DNA from: an uncultured Verrucomicrobiae bacterium
GTDB taxonomy: Bacteria; Verrucomicrobiota; Verrucomicrobiia; Palsa-1439
Direction of reading: 5' to 3'
DNA length: 64,000 bases
Assembly: GCA_963812605.1 (NCBI GenBank)
Contig: CAWEWF010000010.1
Location: 128,001 to 192,000 of the forward strand
The notes beneath the pieces are model-generated. The model ran no database searches. It had not been told where the DNA came from and was given only the letters and a program-made list of their open reading frames with translations. The position numbers were made by a program, and so were the translations under genes. Positions 22,392 through 35,777 of this stretch are shown piece after piece; within the stretch, counting starts at the first letter, position 1; each line of letters opens with the position of its first letter.

Positions 22392-24417
22392 ATGCCACTC
22401 GACACCTCGAAGATTCGTACCGTAGCCGTCGTCGGCCATGCTTCCAGCGGCAAAACGTCCCTGATCGATGCCGTGCTGTTCATCGCCAAGGCCGTGACCG
22501 CTCACGGCCGCGTCGCCAACGGGACCAGCGCCGCCGATTGTTTGCCCGACGAACTCGAACGCAAGATGACCATCCACGCCAAGTCCTTCCACTGCCAGTG
22601 GCAGGGCCACTCGATCACCTTGCTTGACACGCCGGGCTTCGCCGACCTTTTCGGCGATACGCTGGCGGCCATCCGCGCCGCCGATGCGGCCATTGTCGTC
22701 GTCGACGGCGTGGGCGGCATCGAAGTTGGCGCGCGCCGCATCTGGAAAATGCTCGACGAAATGCAGAAGCCGCGGCTGGTGTTCGTCAGCAAACTCGACA
22801 AGGAGAACAGCGATTTTTTCCGTTGCGTGGAACAGATTCGCGGCGCGTTTGGGAAGAATTGCATTCCGTTCGAGTTGCCGGTCGGCCAGGAAGCGGGTTT
22901 CTCGAAAGTGCTTGAACCTGCGCACGACGCCCGAGGCGGAAGTGCCCGCCGAACTGCGCGAGCAGTTCCACAAATGCCACGAAAGCCTGGAGGAAGCCGC
23001 CGCCGAGCAGGACGACAAGTTGCTCGAGGAATTTCTCGGCGGCCAGGCGCTCACGGTGGAAGAGATCACGAAGGGCACCCACGTCGGTGTCGCCCGCGGC
23101 ACGACCGTGCCGATCTATTGCGGTTGCGCGGAGAAGGAAATTGGCGTGCGCAATTTGCTGGAAGGCGTCACCGCGTTGTTGCCGTCGCCCGCGGACGTGG
23201 GCGCCGTCGCTACCGAGGACGGCGGAAGTGTCGAGCCCCTGGCGAACGCGCCGTTCAGCGCCTTCGTGTTCAAGGCGACCGTTGATCCATACGCGGGACA
23301 TCTGGCCTACGTGCGGGTGGTTTCCGGCACCTTGAAGGCCGATATGGACGTGTTGAATGCCACGCGCGGCGTGAAAGAGCGAATCCCGCAGTTGCTGAGC
23401 ATGCAGGGCAAAACGCAGACGACCGTGGCGGAGGCCGGCCCCGGCGAAATCGTGGCGCTGGCCAAGCTCAAGGACACCCACATCAATAACACCCTGTGCG
23501 ATCCGTCCCGGCCGGTAAAGTTCCCGCCGATCAAATTCCCGCGGCCCGTAATGAGCTATGCCATCCATCCCCACACGGCCAAGGACGAGGAAAAAATCAG
23601 CATGGCGCTGCATCGGTTGACCGAGGAGGACCCGACGTTCCACATGGAACGCAACCCAAACACCAAGGAGTTGATCATTTCGGGCATGGGCGACCAGCAT
23701 CTCGCGGTCGTGGTGGACAACCTCAAGAAACGACTCGGCGTCAATGTCGATCTCAGCACGCCGAAGGTCGATTACAAGGAAACCATCACCTCCCATGGCG
23801 ACGGCCATTACAAGCACAAGAAACAATCAGGTGGCCACGGCCAATACGGCGAAGCCTACGTCAAGATCGAGCCGCACCAGCGCGGCCGGGGTTTTGAATT
23901 CACCAGCGAAGTGGTCGGCGGCTCCATCCCGCGCAACTTCATCCCCGCCGTCGAGAAGGGCTGCGTCGAGGGAATGCAGGCGGGTGTCGTGGCGGGCTAT
24001 CCCGTCGTCGATGTCCACGCGATTGTGTACGACGGCTCGTACCACGACGTCGATTCCAACGAGATCAGTTTCAAGATCGCCGGCCTGCATGCTTTCAAGG
24101 AAGCGATGCAGAAAGCCCGGCCCGCGCTGCTCGAGCCGGTCATGAACATCACGGTCTATGTGCCCGACCAGTACATGGGCGACATCACCGGCGATCTCAA
24201 CCACCGCCGCGGTCACATTCTCACCGTCGAGTCCGTGGACGGCATGCAGGCCATCAAGGCGCAGGTGCCGCAGGCGGAGTTGTTCAAGTACGCCAGCGAG
24301 CTGCGCTCCATCACCGCCGGTCGCGCCTCATTCGAGATGGAGTTCTCCCACTACGAACAGGTCCCCCAACACGTCGCCCAGAAAGTCGTCACGGAAGCCG
24401 CCAAGAAGGCCGGGTAG
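22392..24417 (+). CDS. Elongation factor G paralog (EF-G II-like), frameshift near 22910
   Basis: GHASSGKT, DTPGF, SKLD, EEDPTF, GMGDQHL, KKQSGGHGQYG, DGSYHDVDS, LLEP, GDLNHRRG. Confidence 0.9.
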
Positions 24418-24502
24418 AAGGCTAATTCCGCGGATTTTCCCGTTTCTTTGAATAATCCCGCGTATTAGGCGTCAATCTGAACAGGCCGGGGTTCGATTGA
24501 CG

Positions 24503-27230
24503 ATGCGACGGTCTTTTGATACAATTTTAGGGCGCGGTCCAAGGCAAGGCGAGATCCTGGACCATGAGGAATTTGTGCCAACGTCCCAACTTATTATCGA
24601 CACGCTACCCGTAGAGTCCCTCGAAAAGGCGACGACGGAGGCAGTGCAGACCAAATCACCGCTCGTGGTTGCGCCGACGGAGCGGGTGGTGACGGAAGGC
24701 AAGTTTTTCCGGGTTGGCTCACAGAAGTTTCACCCGCGCGGCGTGACCTACGGGCCATTCAAGCCCGACGAAACCGGCGGCACCTTCCCGAAGCCCGAAC
24801 AGGTGGAACGTGACTTCGCATTGATGAAGCAACTCAACGCGAACTGTCTGCGCGTCTATCACGTGCCGCCGCGCTGGTTCCTCGACCTGGCGCAACAGCA
24901 TGGATTGAAGGTGCTGGTGGATTACTATTGGCCCAAGCACACCTGCTTCCTGGAAGACCGCGAGACGGTCCAGTTCGCGCGCAAGGCGACGCGCGAGGCG
25001 GCCAAAGCGCTGGTGGGCCATCCCGCCGTGTTCGCGCTCACCCTGGCCAACGAAATCCCGCCGGACATCGCCCGTTGGTACGGCGCAAAACGCCTGGCGC
25101 GTTTCATCGACGAGCTGGCTGCGATTGTCAAGGATGTGGACCCGCAGCGGTTGGTCACGTTCGTCAATTTTCCCACGACGGAATTCCTGCAACCGGCCAG
25201 TATCGATTTCGTCAGCTTCAACGTCTATCTCCATGAACCGCGTCCCTTTGCGAACTACCTCGACCGCCTGCAGAATATCGCGGGCGACAAACCGCTGCTG
25301 CTGGCCGAGTTTGGCGTCGACTCCATGCGGGAGGGCGAGGAGGCCAAGGCGCAGATCCTCAGCGGGCACATTGAGATCGCTTTTCGCGCCGGGCTGGCAG
25401 GCATGTTTCTCTTTGCGTTTACGGACGACTGGCATACCGGCGGCCATCAAATCGAGAACTGGTTTTTTGGGCTGACCACGCGCGACCGCGAACCGCGCGC
25501 GGCGTTCCATGCCGTGGCCGAGCAGTACAAGCGCGCGCCCTACTTTCCATTGCCACTGTACCCGAAGGTGAGCGTCGTGGTGGCGAGCTATAACGGGGCC
25601 CGCACTCTGCCGTCCTGCCTCGATTCCCTGACTCATCTCAATTATCCCAACTACGAAATCATCCTTGTGGACGATGGTTCAACGGACGACACGGCGCGCG
25701 TGGCGAGCCACTACCCGACGGTGCGCGCGATTCACCAGCAGAACATGGGCTTGAGCGCCGCGCGCAACACCGGCATCCAGGCCGCCGCGGGCGAGATCGT
25801 CGCGTTTACCGACAGCGATTGCCGCGCCGACGAAGACTGGCTCTACTACCTTGTCGGGGATTTGCTCAAGACCGACGCGTGCGCGATCGGCGGCCATAAT
25901 TTTGCGCCGCTGGAGGACAATCCCATCGCCGGGTGTGTCGCGGTTTCGCCGGGCGGCCCGGCGCACGTGATGCTTGACGACCGCAACGCGGAGCACATCC
26001 CCGGTTGCAACATGGCTTTTTGGAAATGGGCGCTCGAGGAGGCGCACGGGTTCGACGCGCAATTTCGCGCGGCGGGCGACGACGTGGACATTTGTTGGCG
26101 TTTGCTCCAGCGCGGCCGCAAGATCGCCTTTTCCCACGCGGGCTTTGTCTGGCATTACCGTCGCAACACCATCCATGCCTACCTGAAGCAGCAGCGTGGG
26201 TACGGAGTCGCGGAGTCGCTGTTGCGCCGCAAACACCCGGAATATTTCAACAGCCTCGGCGGGATGCGCTGGCGCGGGCGGATTTACAGCCCATCGAAGA
26301 TCGCCGGGTTCTTCGGCAAATTCGTGATTTATCACGGCACTTTCGGCAGCGCGCTTTTTCAAACGCTATACACTCCCGAACCCAGCGGATTGCTAACGGT
26401 GTTGACGAGCCTGGAGTGGCATGTCTTGTTTACGGTGGGCGCGCTGCTGCTCGCGACGGTGTGGCCGGCCTTGTGGCCGCTGCCTGTGTTGACGGTCCTT
26501 GCGAGCCTGGGCATGGCAACGGCCGCGGCGGCGCGCGTGGAACTGCCGCCCTGGCAGACACGCTGGTGGTCGCGTCCGCTGGTGGCGATCCTGTATCTGT
26601 TGCAGCCGATTGTGCGCGGGTGGCCGCGATACGGGCGGCGACTGCGCCGCTCCGAAACGCCGGTGGCGACACGCGAGACCGTGCGCAAACTGGCGGCGGA
26701 ATATGGCAGACTGGGTTCCGTGCATACGCTCAATTATTGGAACGAAAAGAGCATCGAGCGCTTCACGTTTTTGGAGGCGCTGCTGGAATTGCTCGACCGC
26801 GATCAATGGCAGTCGCGCGCCGACAGCGGTTGGGACGAGTTTGACGTGACGATTTACGGCGACCGCTTCAGCAAGGTGCACGTGAAGACCGTGTCGGAGA
26901 ACCATGGCGGCGAGAAGCGCCTGTTGCGGGCGCGCGTCGAAGGCGGCTGGACATTGCTCGGAAAAATGTCCTTCTTTGGGATCGTCGCCGCCATGTGTCT
27001 GGCCTCGCGATTATGGTGGACGCTGGCGTTGCCGGCCGACGCAAATTCCCCTGCCGATGCTGTGGGGGTTCACGGCCCTGCCGCTGGCGCTGATTGGCCT
27101 CTGGGTGGGGTACCTTCACCTGCGCACCCGCCGCACCGTGCGTCTGGCGACGGGGGTGCTGGATCTTTGCGCCAAGGAACTGAAATTGATCAAGCTCAGC
27201 GCCCCGAAGAAGTTTGTGAAACCCGATTAG
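24503..27230 (+). CDS. Clan GH-A TIM-barrel + GT2 glycosyltransferase fusion with C-terminal TM segments, frameshift near 27040
   Basis: RGVTYGPF, LANEIP, LAEFG; then VDDGSTD, GLSAARNTG, FTDSD, PGCNMAF, GDDVD. The probable C-terminus lies in ORF 26904..27230. Confidence 0.85.
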
Positions 27231-28397
27231 CGTGGCACCGTCAGGTCGCAGGCCCGCAGCATCGCCGCGCAACACTTTGTCCGAATCGAAATACTCTTCG
27301 GCAATCCGTCGCGCCGCCCGGCAATTGCGCTCGTAGTCCTTCCCGATTTCTTCCACGCGCCCATGACGTCGTCCGCCGTCTGGAAAGCGAAGAGGCCCTC
27401 ACCGCACGGCAGGAATTCGCTGAAACCGGTGTCCTGCACGATCACCGGCTTGCCCGAGGCGAGATACGCGACGGTACGGTCGCTGAACCAACCGCAACGT
27501 GTCTTCACGTATCCGTCCTTGGCCACGCTGAATTCGCCGCGTGAGTTGCCGAGGTAATCGAGATAGGCGTCCAGACTTCGCGTTGCGGCCAGCGCCTCGG
27601 TGATGATCCAGCCCGCTGTCTCGAGTTGTTGCGCGGGAGCGCCGACGCCCCCAAGCGCGATCTCGAATACCTTGCCCGCGCGCTGGGGAAGGTCGAGGAA
27701 CTTGAGCATCTCGACGTTCTTTTGTCCGTAGGTCACTCCCTGATAATCGACACTGCCATACGCGGCCCAACTCATGACGGTCGTGAACCGTCCGGCGTCA
27801 GGCGTGTAACGCGGCTGCATCAGTTCAAGGGCCAGCGGCTGGCGAAACGGCTGCCAGCGCAGTCCACGCATCGGGATTGGGCAATCCGGTTTGCCGATGC
27901 GTTCGCCGAAGGTGAAGTGGAAATTGAAATCGTACGGCGACGCATAGCCGGCGCAGGAAGCGTTGGGCGTCGGCGACATTTTGAATTGCGTGAACCCCCG
28001 GATCGATGTCGACGAAGATGCGCACGCGGCAATCGCGCAACTCCTCCAGCCACGTGGTCGAGGAAGCGCACAGGACGAAATCCGCCTGGCTGCACAGATT
28101 TTTCACCTCGTCACGCTGCAGGCCGTGCCATTTTCCCGTGGCGTCCACGTAACACCAGCGCTGGATGCCGATGCGCTCGAAAAACGGCAGGATCTGGCCG
28201 AGTCCGTACGTCGGGTCGTCGCTCATGGTATTGGTGCGCGGGTCGTAGCACGCTTGTTCCCAGCCATAATGCTCGAGGAAGACGACCTCGTAGCCGAGTT
28301 TCGCGAGGCCCGCGAGAAAATGATATTGCGACAACAAATGGCCGCCGAGCGGATACCGCGCCAGATAGCCCGCCACAATCGCGACGGGACGGCTCAT
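27227..28397 (-). CDS. GT-B-type glycosyltransferase-like protein (paralog B), frameshifted
   Basis: ARYPLGG, DIDP, FTTVMSW, GQKNVE, SRGEFSVAKDGYV..RCGWFSDRTVAYLASGKPVIVQDTG; split over ORFs 27825 and 27227. Confidence 0.75.
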
Positions 28398-29545
28398 GCG
28401 CCCGCCCGGGTGATGAGGTCCGCGAGAACGCGTCGCGCATCGAACATCCGCGCGGCCAATTCACGCGCCTCGCGAGAATGCGCGGTGTAATCGGCGTTAA
28501 TCGCTGCGATGCCCGCGAGCGCCTCGTCGAGGGTCTGGTAGGCGAAGAGCCCGCGGCCCGTCGGGTAGATATGGCTCCAGCCGGTGTCCTGCAGTACGCA
28601 CGGACGACCCAAAGCCAGGTAACAGGCGCTGCGACAACTGAACCAGCCGCTGCGGGACTTGACGTAGCCCTCCTTCGCGACGCTCCATTCGCCTTTCGAG
28701 CGGCGCAAGTAATCACGATAAGTCCAGGGATCCGGCAAATGCTCGGCGGGTTCGATGATCTGCCAGCCTTTCTGCCGCAGCATGTCGGTCGGGCGCTTCA
28801 TGCCCGGGCCCATGCCCATCGCAATCTCGAATTTTTGCGCCGTTCGTCCCGGCAGTTCGACGAACTTCAGGAACTCCACGTCCTTCTGTCCCCACGTTTC
28901 GCCATTGTACTCGCAACTCTTGTACGAAACCCAATTCATCACCGTCGTAAACACGTCCCGCGGCGGTTCCGCGCGAAGCTCCCACCAATCAAGGACGATG
29001 GGTTGGCGCGTGGGGATCCAATCGAAACCAGCGGCGGGGATGCGGCAATCCGCTCCGCCGATATTCTCGCCGAACGTAAAATGTTTGTCGTGCGCGCGGA
29101 TTCGGTCGATCACATCCTGTTTGCCCGAGGCGAGCGCCACCTGGGTGAACATCGGGTCGGAATCGAGAAAGATTTTACAGGGAATCGACAGATACTCGGG
29201 CCGCAGCCACCCGCAGCCCGAAACATTCAGATAGAGGTCCGCCGTCGCGCAAATCTCCTTGGCGGCCGCTTCCGTGTGGCCGTGATAGCTCGCGTCGGGC
29301 GCGCTGCGATAAATCCAGCGGTCGGCGAGCCCAAGTTTTTCCATGACGCCACGCAGATAGTTGACATTGTAACTGGCATCGGCGGAGACGGTATTCTGGA
29401 TCGGGTCATACGGCCACATCTCGGTATCTTCGAGGTAGAACACATCGTGTCCCAGTTGGCGGAAGCCCTCGACGTATTGTAAATAATCCCACGCCACGCC
29501 GCCGAAAGCGTATTGTCCGACCAGTCCCGTGACGACGATGCGCAT
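28394..29545 (-). CDS. GT-B-type glycosyltransferase-like protein (paralog A)
   Basis: GGVAWDYLQY, DSDPMFTQ, FTTVMNW, SKGEWSVAKEGYVKSRSGWFSCRSACYLALGRPCVLQDTG. Confidence 0.8.
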   Translation of the reverse strand: MRIVVTGLVGQYAFGGVAWDYLQYVEGFRQLGHDVFYLEDTEMWPYDPIQNTVSADASYNVNYLRGVMEKLGLADRWIYRSAPDASYHGHTEAAAKEICATADLYLNVSGCGWLRPEYLSIPCKIFLDSDPMFTQVALASGKQDVIDRIRAHDKHFTFGENIGGADCRIPAAGFDWIPTRQPIVLDWWELRAEPPRDVFTTVMNWVSYKSCEYNGETWGQKDVEFLKFVELPGRTAQKFEIAMGMGPGMKRPTDMLRQKGWQIIEPAEHLPDPWTYRDYLRRSKGEWSVAKEGYVKSRSGWFSCRSACYLALGRPCVLQDTGWSHIYPTGRGLFAYQTLDEALAGIAAINADYTAHSREARELAARMFDARRVLADLITRAGA

Positions 29546-29608
29546 CGCGGCATTTATAAACTGCTTTTGCACTCGACACAATCACGGGCGCATTTCACAG
29601 TACGCGGC

Positions 29609-31086
29609 ATGCGCAGCGACAAAGAGCGCGTCACGGCTACGCTGATCGTGGGCGTTTTCGCGTTCGCGGTTGTGCTGGCGTACCACCACGTCGTGGACGG
29701 AGATTTGTGGGCGCGGCTGGCGGTGGGCGCGCAGGCGTGGCGGACCGGCGGCCTGATGCGCCATGACGTGTTCGCGTTCACGCCGACGCTGCCCGAATGG
29801 ATCGATCACGAATGGGGCGCTGGCATGATTTTCTTCGGGTTGCTAAATGCCTTCGGTCCCGCCTCGCTCATGCTCCTGAAAATCGTCACGGCGTGCGCGG
29901 CAGTTCTTTTGTGCCTGTTTGCCGCGCGACGCGAGCGGAACCGGCTGGTCCACGCTGTTGCTCCTGGCGATTCCGTGCGCGCTGACGGTATTGCCGGGTT
30001 ATGTGACGGTCGTGCGCAGTCACGCGCTGACGTATGTGTTCTTTGCGCTGACGCTGTTGTGCCTTGAAGCAATGCGCGCCGGGCGACGTTGGCCCGCGTT
30101 CGTCATCCCGATGACCATGCTCGTGTGGGCGAACGTGCACGGCGGATTCGTGGTCGGACTCATTGCGATTGCCGTCTACGCGGCACTGATGCGGACGCGG
30201 ACCGATACTCGCCACGTTATTGGCCGCCGTCGTGGTCACGTGCATCAACCCGTACGGCCTCCATTACTGGACGTATCTCGTACCCGCGTGGCTGCATCCG
30301 CGCGCGGACATCACCGAGTGGGGCCCGATGTCCATCGGGGGCAGCGGGCCTTACTTCGGGTTCCTCATCCTGTTCGTTATCGCGATCGTAGTGATTGCCG
30401 CAGGATGGAAACAACGCACTGCGCTGGGATTGACGATGCTCGCGCTGACGGCAATCGCCGCGTGGCTGCATCGACGGCATGCGCCGTTCTTTGGGCTGGC
30501 GGCCCTCGTGTATCTCGGGCCGTATGCCGAGCGCTGGTGCCGGCGCATGCCACTGGTCGCCGTCCTGGCGGTCCACGTAGTCCTGGCGGGGTTCGTGGCA
30601 GTTGGAATTCCTGCCGCAGGCTTCGCTGGAACCCGTGGTGCCGCCGAGTTTCTATCCCGTCGGCGCGGTCGCGGCGCTCGACCAGGCCGGCGTCAAAGGA
30701 AACCTCGCGGTGCCATTCCGCTGGGGTAGCTACGCCTTGTGGCGGCTGGCGCCCAAGATCAAGGTGTCGATGGACGGGCGTTACGAGGAGACGTATCCGG
30801 ACGCGACGTTTGAGATGAACCGCGCATTTTTCGACCGATCGGCGCGGATTGGGATCGGCTCCTGCGAGAGTACCGCGTAGATTTCATCATACTGGAGTTA
30901 CGGGCAACACAACTTTCACCCCCTGATCTGCGCGAACACGGCTACGAAGTGATCCGGGCCGACGACACGTCGGTGCTGCTCGCGCGAAGTGAATTTGCGT
31001 CAGCATTGCGCGCGGCGGCTGCGAACCTTCCGTCAATGCCTTCCGACCAACTCGATCCGCACCTCGCGGATCGGTGGTTGCCGTAA
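29609..31086 (+). CDS. Polytopic membrane protein (GT-C-like), several frameshifts
   Basis: DGDLWARLAVG, WIDHEWG, LVWANVHGGF, INPYG, ITEW, WGSYALW, DGRYE found across successive frames. Confidence 0.7.
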
Positions 31087-31107
31087 AAAGATTTGGCAAG
31101 CCCGCTA

Positions 31108-33282
31108 CTAGAGTGCGTTCAAAATCTCCGGTGGCGCTTTTTCGATGCGGTCGATGCGGAATTTTTGCGGGCCGGTGTCGCCCTGCCAGTCGATGGTGTC
31201 GCCGGCGTGTTTGTTGAGCAGGGCCTGGGCGAGGGCGGCGGGGTAACTGATGATGCCGCGAGCGGGGTCGCTGTCCCACGCGCCGAGGATGTGATAAGTC
31301 TGCGATTGCTTCGCGCCGAGTTCAGTGACGGTGACGCTGGTGCCGATGCTGACGAGGTCGGTCTTGACGTCGGCGAAGTCGGTTGCTTGGGCGCGTGAGA
31401 GCAGGTTTTCGAGCTCGGCGCGGCGGCGCATCAGGAGTTTCTGCATGTCCTTGGCGGCTTTGAACTCAAAATTCTCGCGCAGGTCCCCATAACTGCGGGC
31501 GAGGCCGATTTCCTTGCTATTCTGCGGGATCTTTTTCACGATATCCTCAAGCTCCGCCTGGCGTTTGCGGTAGCTGCCCCAGGAGACGACGAGTGGTTGC
31601 TCCTTGACCGTCTTCGAGATGAGGAACTCCTGCACGAAGGGGTGTTCCTTGACGATGCGGGCCATCAGCGAACGACGGTCGAGTTCCTCGATCGCGCCGC
31701 TGGCCATGATCAAGCGCGTCAGGTTGCGCACGGTTTCCGGGTCGGCCTCCGCGAGGAGATCGGCCACCAATTCTCCCTCCTCGAAGAGCACGTCACGGAG
31801 CTTTTTATTGGCGGACTTGGTGGGCGCGGACTCGATGGCTTCCACGACGGCCAGCAGGAGCGCGGGGGTTTGAAAGTCGTCGAGCCAGGGCCAGGCCTTG
31901 CGGGAAGCCGGGGTGGAAACATTGCGGGCAAATCCAGCACAACAGCTCGGCGCCCGCAGTTTGGTTATGCACCCACTGCTTGATGGCGCCGGCGTTTTGG
32001 CCCAGCAAATCGGGAATCTCATCGAGGACTTTCGTGGAGAATCGATTGAACTCCTGGACCAGGCGGTCGGGCGCGGAAGTTTTGAGGAGCGCGAGCACTC
32101 GTTTCGCCGCGGAGGTACTCAGGTCGTCGAGCAACGCCGATAGATTGTAGATCCCCGCCAGCAAGTTGGTGAGAAAAGCCCCGGCGTCTTCGACGGCCGT
32201 CTGCCGGCGGCGGCCGAGTTGTTCGAGGATGACGGCGGCTTCGATGCGCTCGGGCTGGCGGCTGGTCGGCGTCTTGTTCAGGGCATCCAGCAACGCATCT
32301 TGAAACTCCTGGATCAGGAGATCGGCATTGTCCATTTCATCGATACGCTTGAGGAATTCCCGCGCGACATTGGTTTTCTGGATCAAGCCCTTGGCGCTGC
32401 GGAATGCTTCCAGAATTTCGTCCTGCTGCGAAACCGGCGCGGTGCGCAACACGATGGAGTCGGTCTTTTTCACGGGAAGGTCGAAATGCGGGTCCTTCTT
32501 CGCCAGCTTGCGGACATTGTCCCACCACTTTTTCCACTGGTCCGCGGGAACCACCGAGCCCGAGAGCATGGCTTCGATGCGGTCGGCCGTGGCGGAACGA
32601 TTGAGGCTGAGGAGCGCCTGGCGGAGCAATGCGACGGGATCTTCGGTGGCCAGGCGCTTGAGGCCGTCGAGGTCGGTGATCTTGCGGACTTCCACGTGGT
32701 CCTGGTTCACGGGCGTGAGGCTTTCCGCGGCGTACGCGAGCTGCATCGAGTGCGAAGGATTATGCGCGAAGGCGACGACGACCTGACCCAGCGTGGTATC
32801 AAAGGATTTGACGCGACCGAAGCCCCAGCTCTTGTGCTGGCAGAAGGCATTTGGTTGAAGCGCCAGCAGGGTTTCGATTCGGGCCAGCGCTAGTCGGAAG
32901 GGGCGTACGATTTTGATCGAGTTCAGAGGCTGCGAGGATGGTTTTCAGACGGGGGTCTTTTTCATAGATTTCGTTGACCGCCTCGATAATCTGGGCGCGA
33001 AGCTGTTTGTCGGTCGGATGCGCTTCCGTTTGCAGCTTAAGGGCATAGAGCCATTCATGATGTTTGCCGGCAGCCTTGATATTTTCGGCGATAAGCGAGG
33101 CCAGTTCGGCGGCCACTGCCGGCTGCGCCGGCGTCCGCAAATTCCTTCACGAGCTGGAGCAGGAACTCAGGTTGGTCAGGGAATTGCTCTGCTAATTCAA
33201 GCCACAGGGCTTGCGCATTGTCCCAGTCGCGTTGGGACAGGAGGGTTTTGAGTTGTTCGTGGTGGTTTTGTGTCGAACTCAT
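31108..33282 (-). CDS. greA: Long PVC-type GreA with extended N-terminal region, several frameshifts
   Basis: C-terminal GreA motifs NSKEIGLARSYGDLRENFEFKAAK, VSIGT, LGAWDSD, IISY; the N-terminal pieces are ORFs 33055, 32799 and 31805. Confidence 0.85.
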
Positions 33283-33388
33283 TTGGAATCAAGCAATTTT
33301 GGTTTTGTGAAGATGATGGTTGCCCACGAAATAGCTCGCGGCGCGCCAGCTTGACGGAGCCGGAGGCCATGGATATGATTCCAGGCCG

Positions 33389-34080
33389 ATGAGATGGATT
33401 TTCACGTTCGTTGCCCTTTGTCTTTTATTCGCCGGGTGCCAGTCTAACCAATCTGTACAGGTTTTGTCTCCTGAGAAATTCGTCGCTGCCACCGGGGGCG
33501 AAGCCTACAGCAGCACGGAAACGAATGCAACGACTGCGACGAATGCCAAACCGAGGGTGATTGTGCCCGGGGTCACCATCAGCGTGACGGTGGATGAAGA
33601 TCACAGCCTGAATCGCGCGTACTTGATTCCGAACAGCGGGGCGATTGACTATCCGCCGCTCGGACGGATTGCGGTGGAAGGCCTCACGCCGGACGAGGTG
33701 GCGCAGAAGATCCGGGAGAGTTTGGAGAAGGACTATTTTCAGAAGGCCACGGTGACCGTGGCGGTCGAGGCGGTGCCCATCGTCGGCGGCGCCGGAGCGG
33801 GGTGATCTATGTGACTGGCAATGTGAATCGGCCCGGGCCGCTGTTGTTGCCGAAGGACGAGAAGTTTACCGTGACGAAGGCGATCATCGCCGCGGGAAAT
33901 TTCGCGACCTTCGCCAATGGCGGCAAAGGTGCAACTGATCCGTTACAACGAAGCCGGCAAGAAATATGTCACCTATGTTGATGTGGATCGAATCATGAAG
34001 CGGGGCGAATTTGAAAAGGACATCCAGGTGCAAAACGGGGACTGGATCATCGTGCCCGAGAAATTGTGATCAACTTTTAG
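33389..34080 (+). CDS. Polysaccharide export lipoprotein (Poly_export + SLBB, Wza-like), frameshifted
   Basis: Lipobox FAGC, GAIDYPPLGRI.VEGLT, then IYVTGNVNRPG and a DIQVQNGDWIIVPE tail in shifted frames. Confidence 0.8.
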
Positions 34081-34104
34081 TCGCGGGGCGGAATTGTCCA
34101 TGCG

Positions 34105-35777
34105 CTATATCCCGGGTTTTGTTTCCCGGGCAGCGCCTCCCAGAAGCTGGCGCGCGCGCGAGAGGGCCGCGTCGATGTTGGCGCAGACGTTGTCCAGCCC
34201 GATTTTGTCCACGAACCCGGCGTTGTAGAGCACTTTCATCGGTTGCGGTTGGACGCCGCTCAGGATCAGTTGCGTGCCCTTGCGGTGGAACTTGTCGAGC
34301 ATGATTTCGAGGGCGTGCAGGCCCGTTGCATCGACGGCCGGCACGTTGCGCATGCGGAAAATGACGATGCGTGGCACGGTCGAATACCGGTCCAGGGCTG
34401 TTTCGAGTTTCTCCGCCGCGCCGAAAAAGAACGGACCCTCGATCCGATAGACCAGCACGCCTTCGGGAATTTCCTTGTCCCGAATCGAGCCCCCGCCAAC
34501 GTCCATTTCGCTGTCGGCGGTGACCAGACGGATCTGCGTGATTTCTTCCATCCGACGAACAAATAAAGCGCCCGCCATTGTCAGCCCCACTCCGACCGCG
34601 ATCGTGAGATCAAAAATCACTGTCAACCCGAACGTCACCACCAGCACGACGAAATCGCTCTTTGGTCCGCGCCACAACTCGAGAAAGTTTTCCCATTCGC
34701 CCATCCGGTAGGCAACGACCAAGAGGACCGCGCTCAGGGCGGCCAGCGGAATGGATTTCGCCAGCGGCGCGGCGACCAGGACGATTACCAGCAACGTGAT
34801 TGAATGGATTATGCCGGCCACTGGCGTCTTTGCGCCGCTGCGGATGTTCGTCGCGGTGCGCGCGATGGCGCCGGTCGCGGAAATGCCGCCGAAGAACGGG
34901 CAGAGGATGTTGGCGAGTCCCTGGCCTATCAATTCCTGGTTGGAATCGTGCCGCGACTCGATCATGCCGTCGGCCACAATCGCCGACAGGAGCGACTCAA
35001 TCGCGCCCAACATCGTGATCGTCAGCGCCGGGATCATCAGGTCCTGCACCTGCAGGAAGCTGATTCTGGGGAAGGAAATGCCCGGCAGGCCGCGCGGGAT
35101 GCCGCCGAACTTCGAGCCGATGGTCGGGACATCGATGTGAAAAACCGCCACCAGCACGGTCGTCACGATGACCGCCACAATCGACGCGGGCACACGCCGC
35201 CACGCTTTCGGCCAAGAATCAGGATCGCGACGGCCAGGAAACCAAGCCCGAGCGCGGGCCCTTGCGTCTGCGCGAGGTTTTGGGCGAGGGCTGCGATTTG
35301 CTAGGGCGTGTGCGCGGGCATCTTCACCGTCAGTCCGAAGAACTCCTTGAGTTGGCCGACGAAGATGATCACGGCGATCCCGCTGGTGAAGCCGGAGGTG
35401 ACGGGGTAGGGGATGAATTTGATCAGGTTGCCGAGCTTCAAAGCGCCCATGATCACGAGCATGATGCCCGCCATGATCGTCGCCACCACCAGCCCGTCAT
35501 AGCCGTACTTCACCACGATCACAAAAAGGATCGGCACAAACGCGCCCGTCGGTCCGCCAACCTGCACGAGGCTGCCGCCGCAAGCGGAAATGACAAAGCC
35601 GGCGATGATCGCTGTCCACAATCCGCGCGACGGTTCGACGCCGGAAGCGATTGCAAACCCAATAGCCAGCGGCAGCGCCACCACCCCGACGGTCACCCCC
35701 GCCGCAAGGTCGGACAAAAAGGTCATACGGTCATAGCCACGCAGCGCGTCGAGTAATTTGGGACGAAAAACGAACAT
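34105..35777 (-). CDS. SulP-family anion transporter with STAS domain, frameshifted
   Basis: DLAAGVTVGVVALPLAIGFA, GGPTGAF, IESLLSA, NQELIGQG, GAIART, GPFFFG. Confidence 0.92.
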
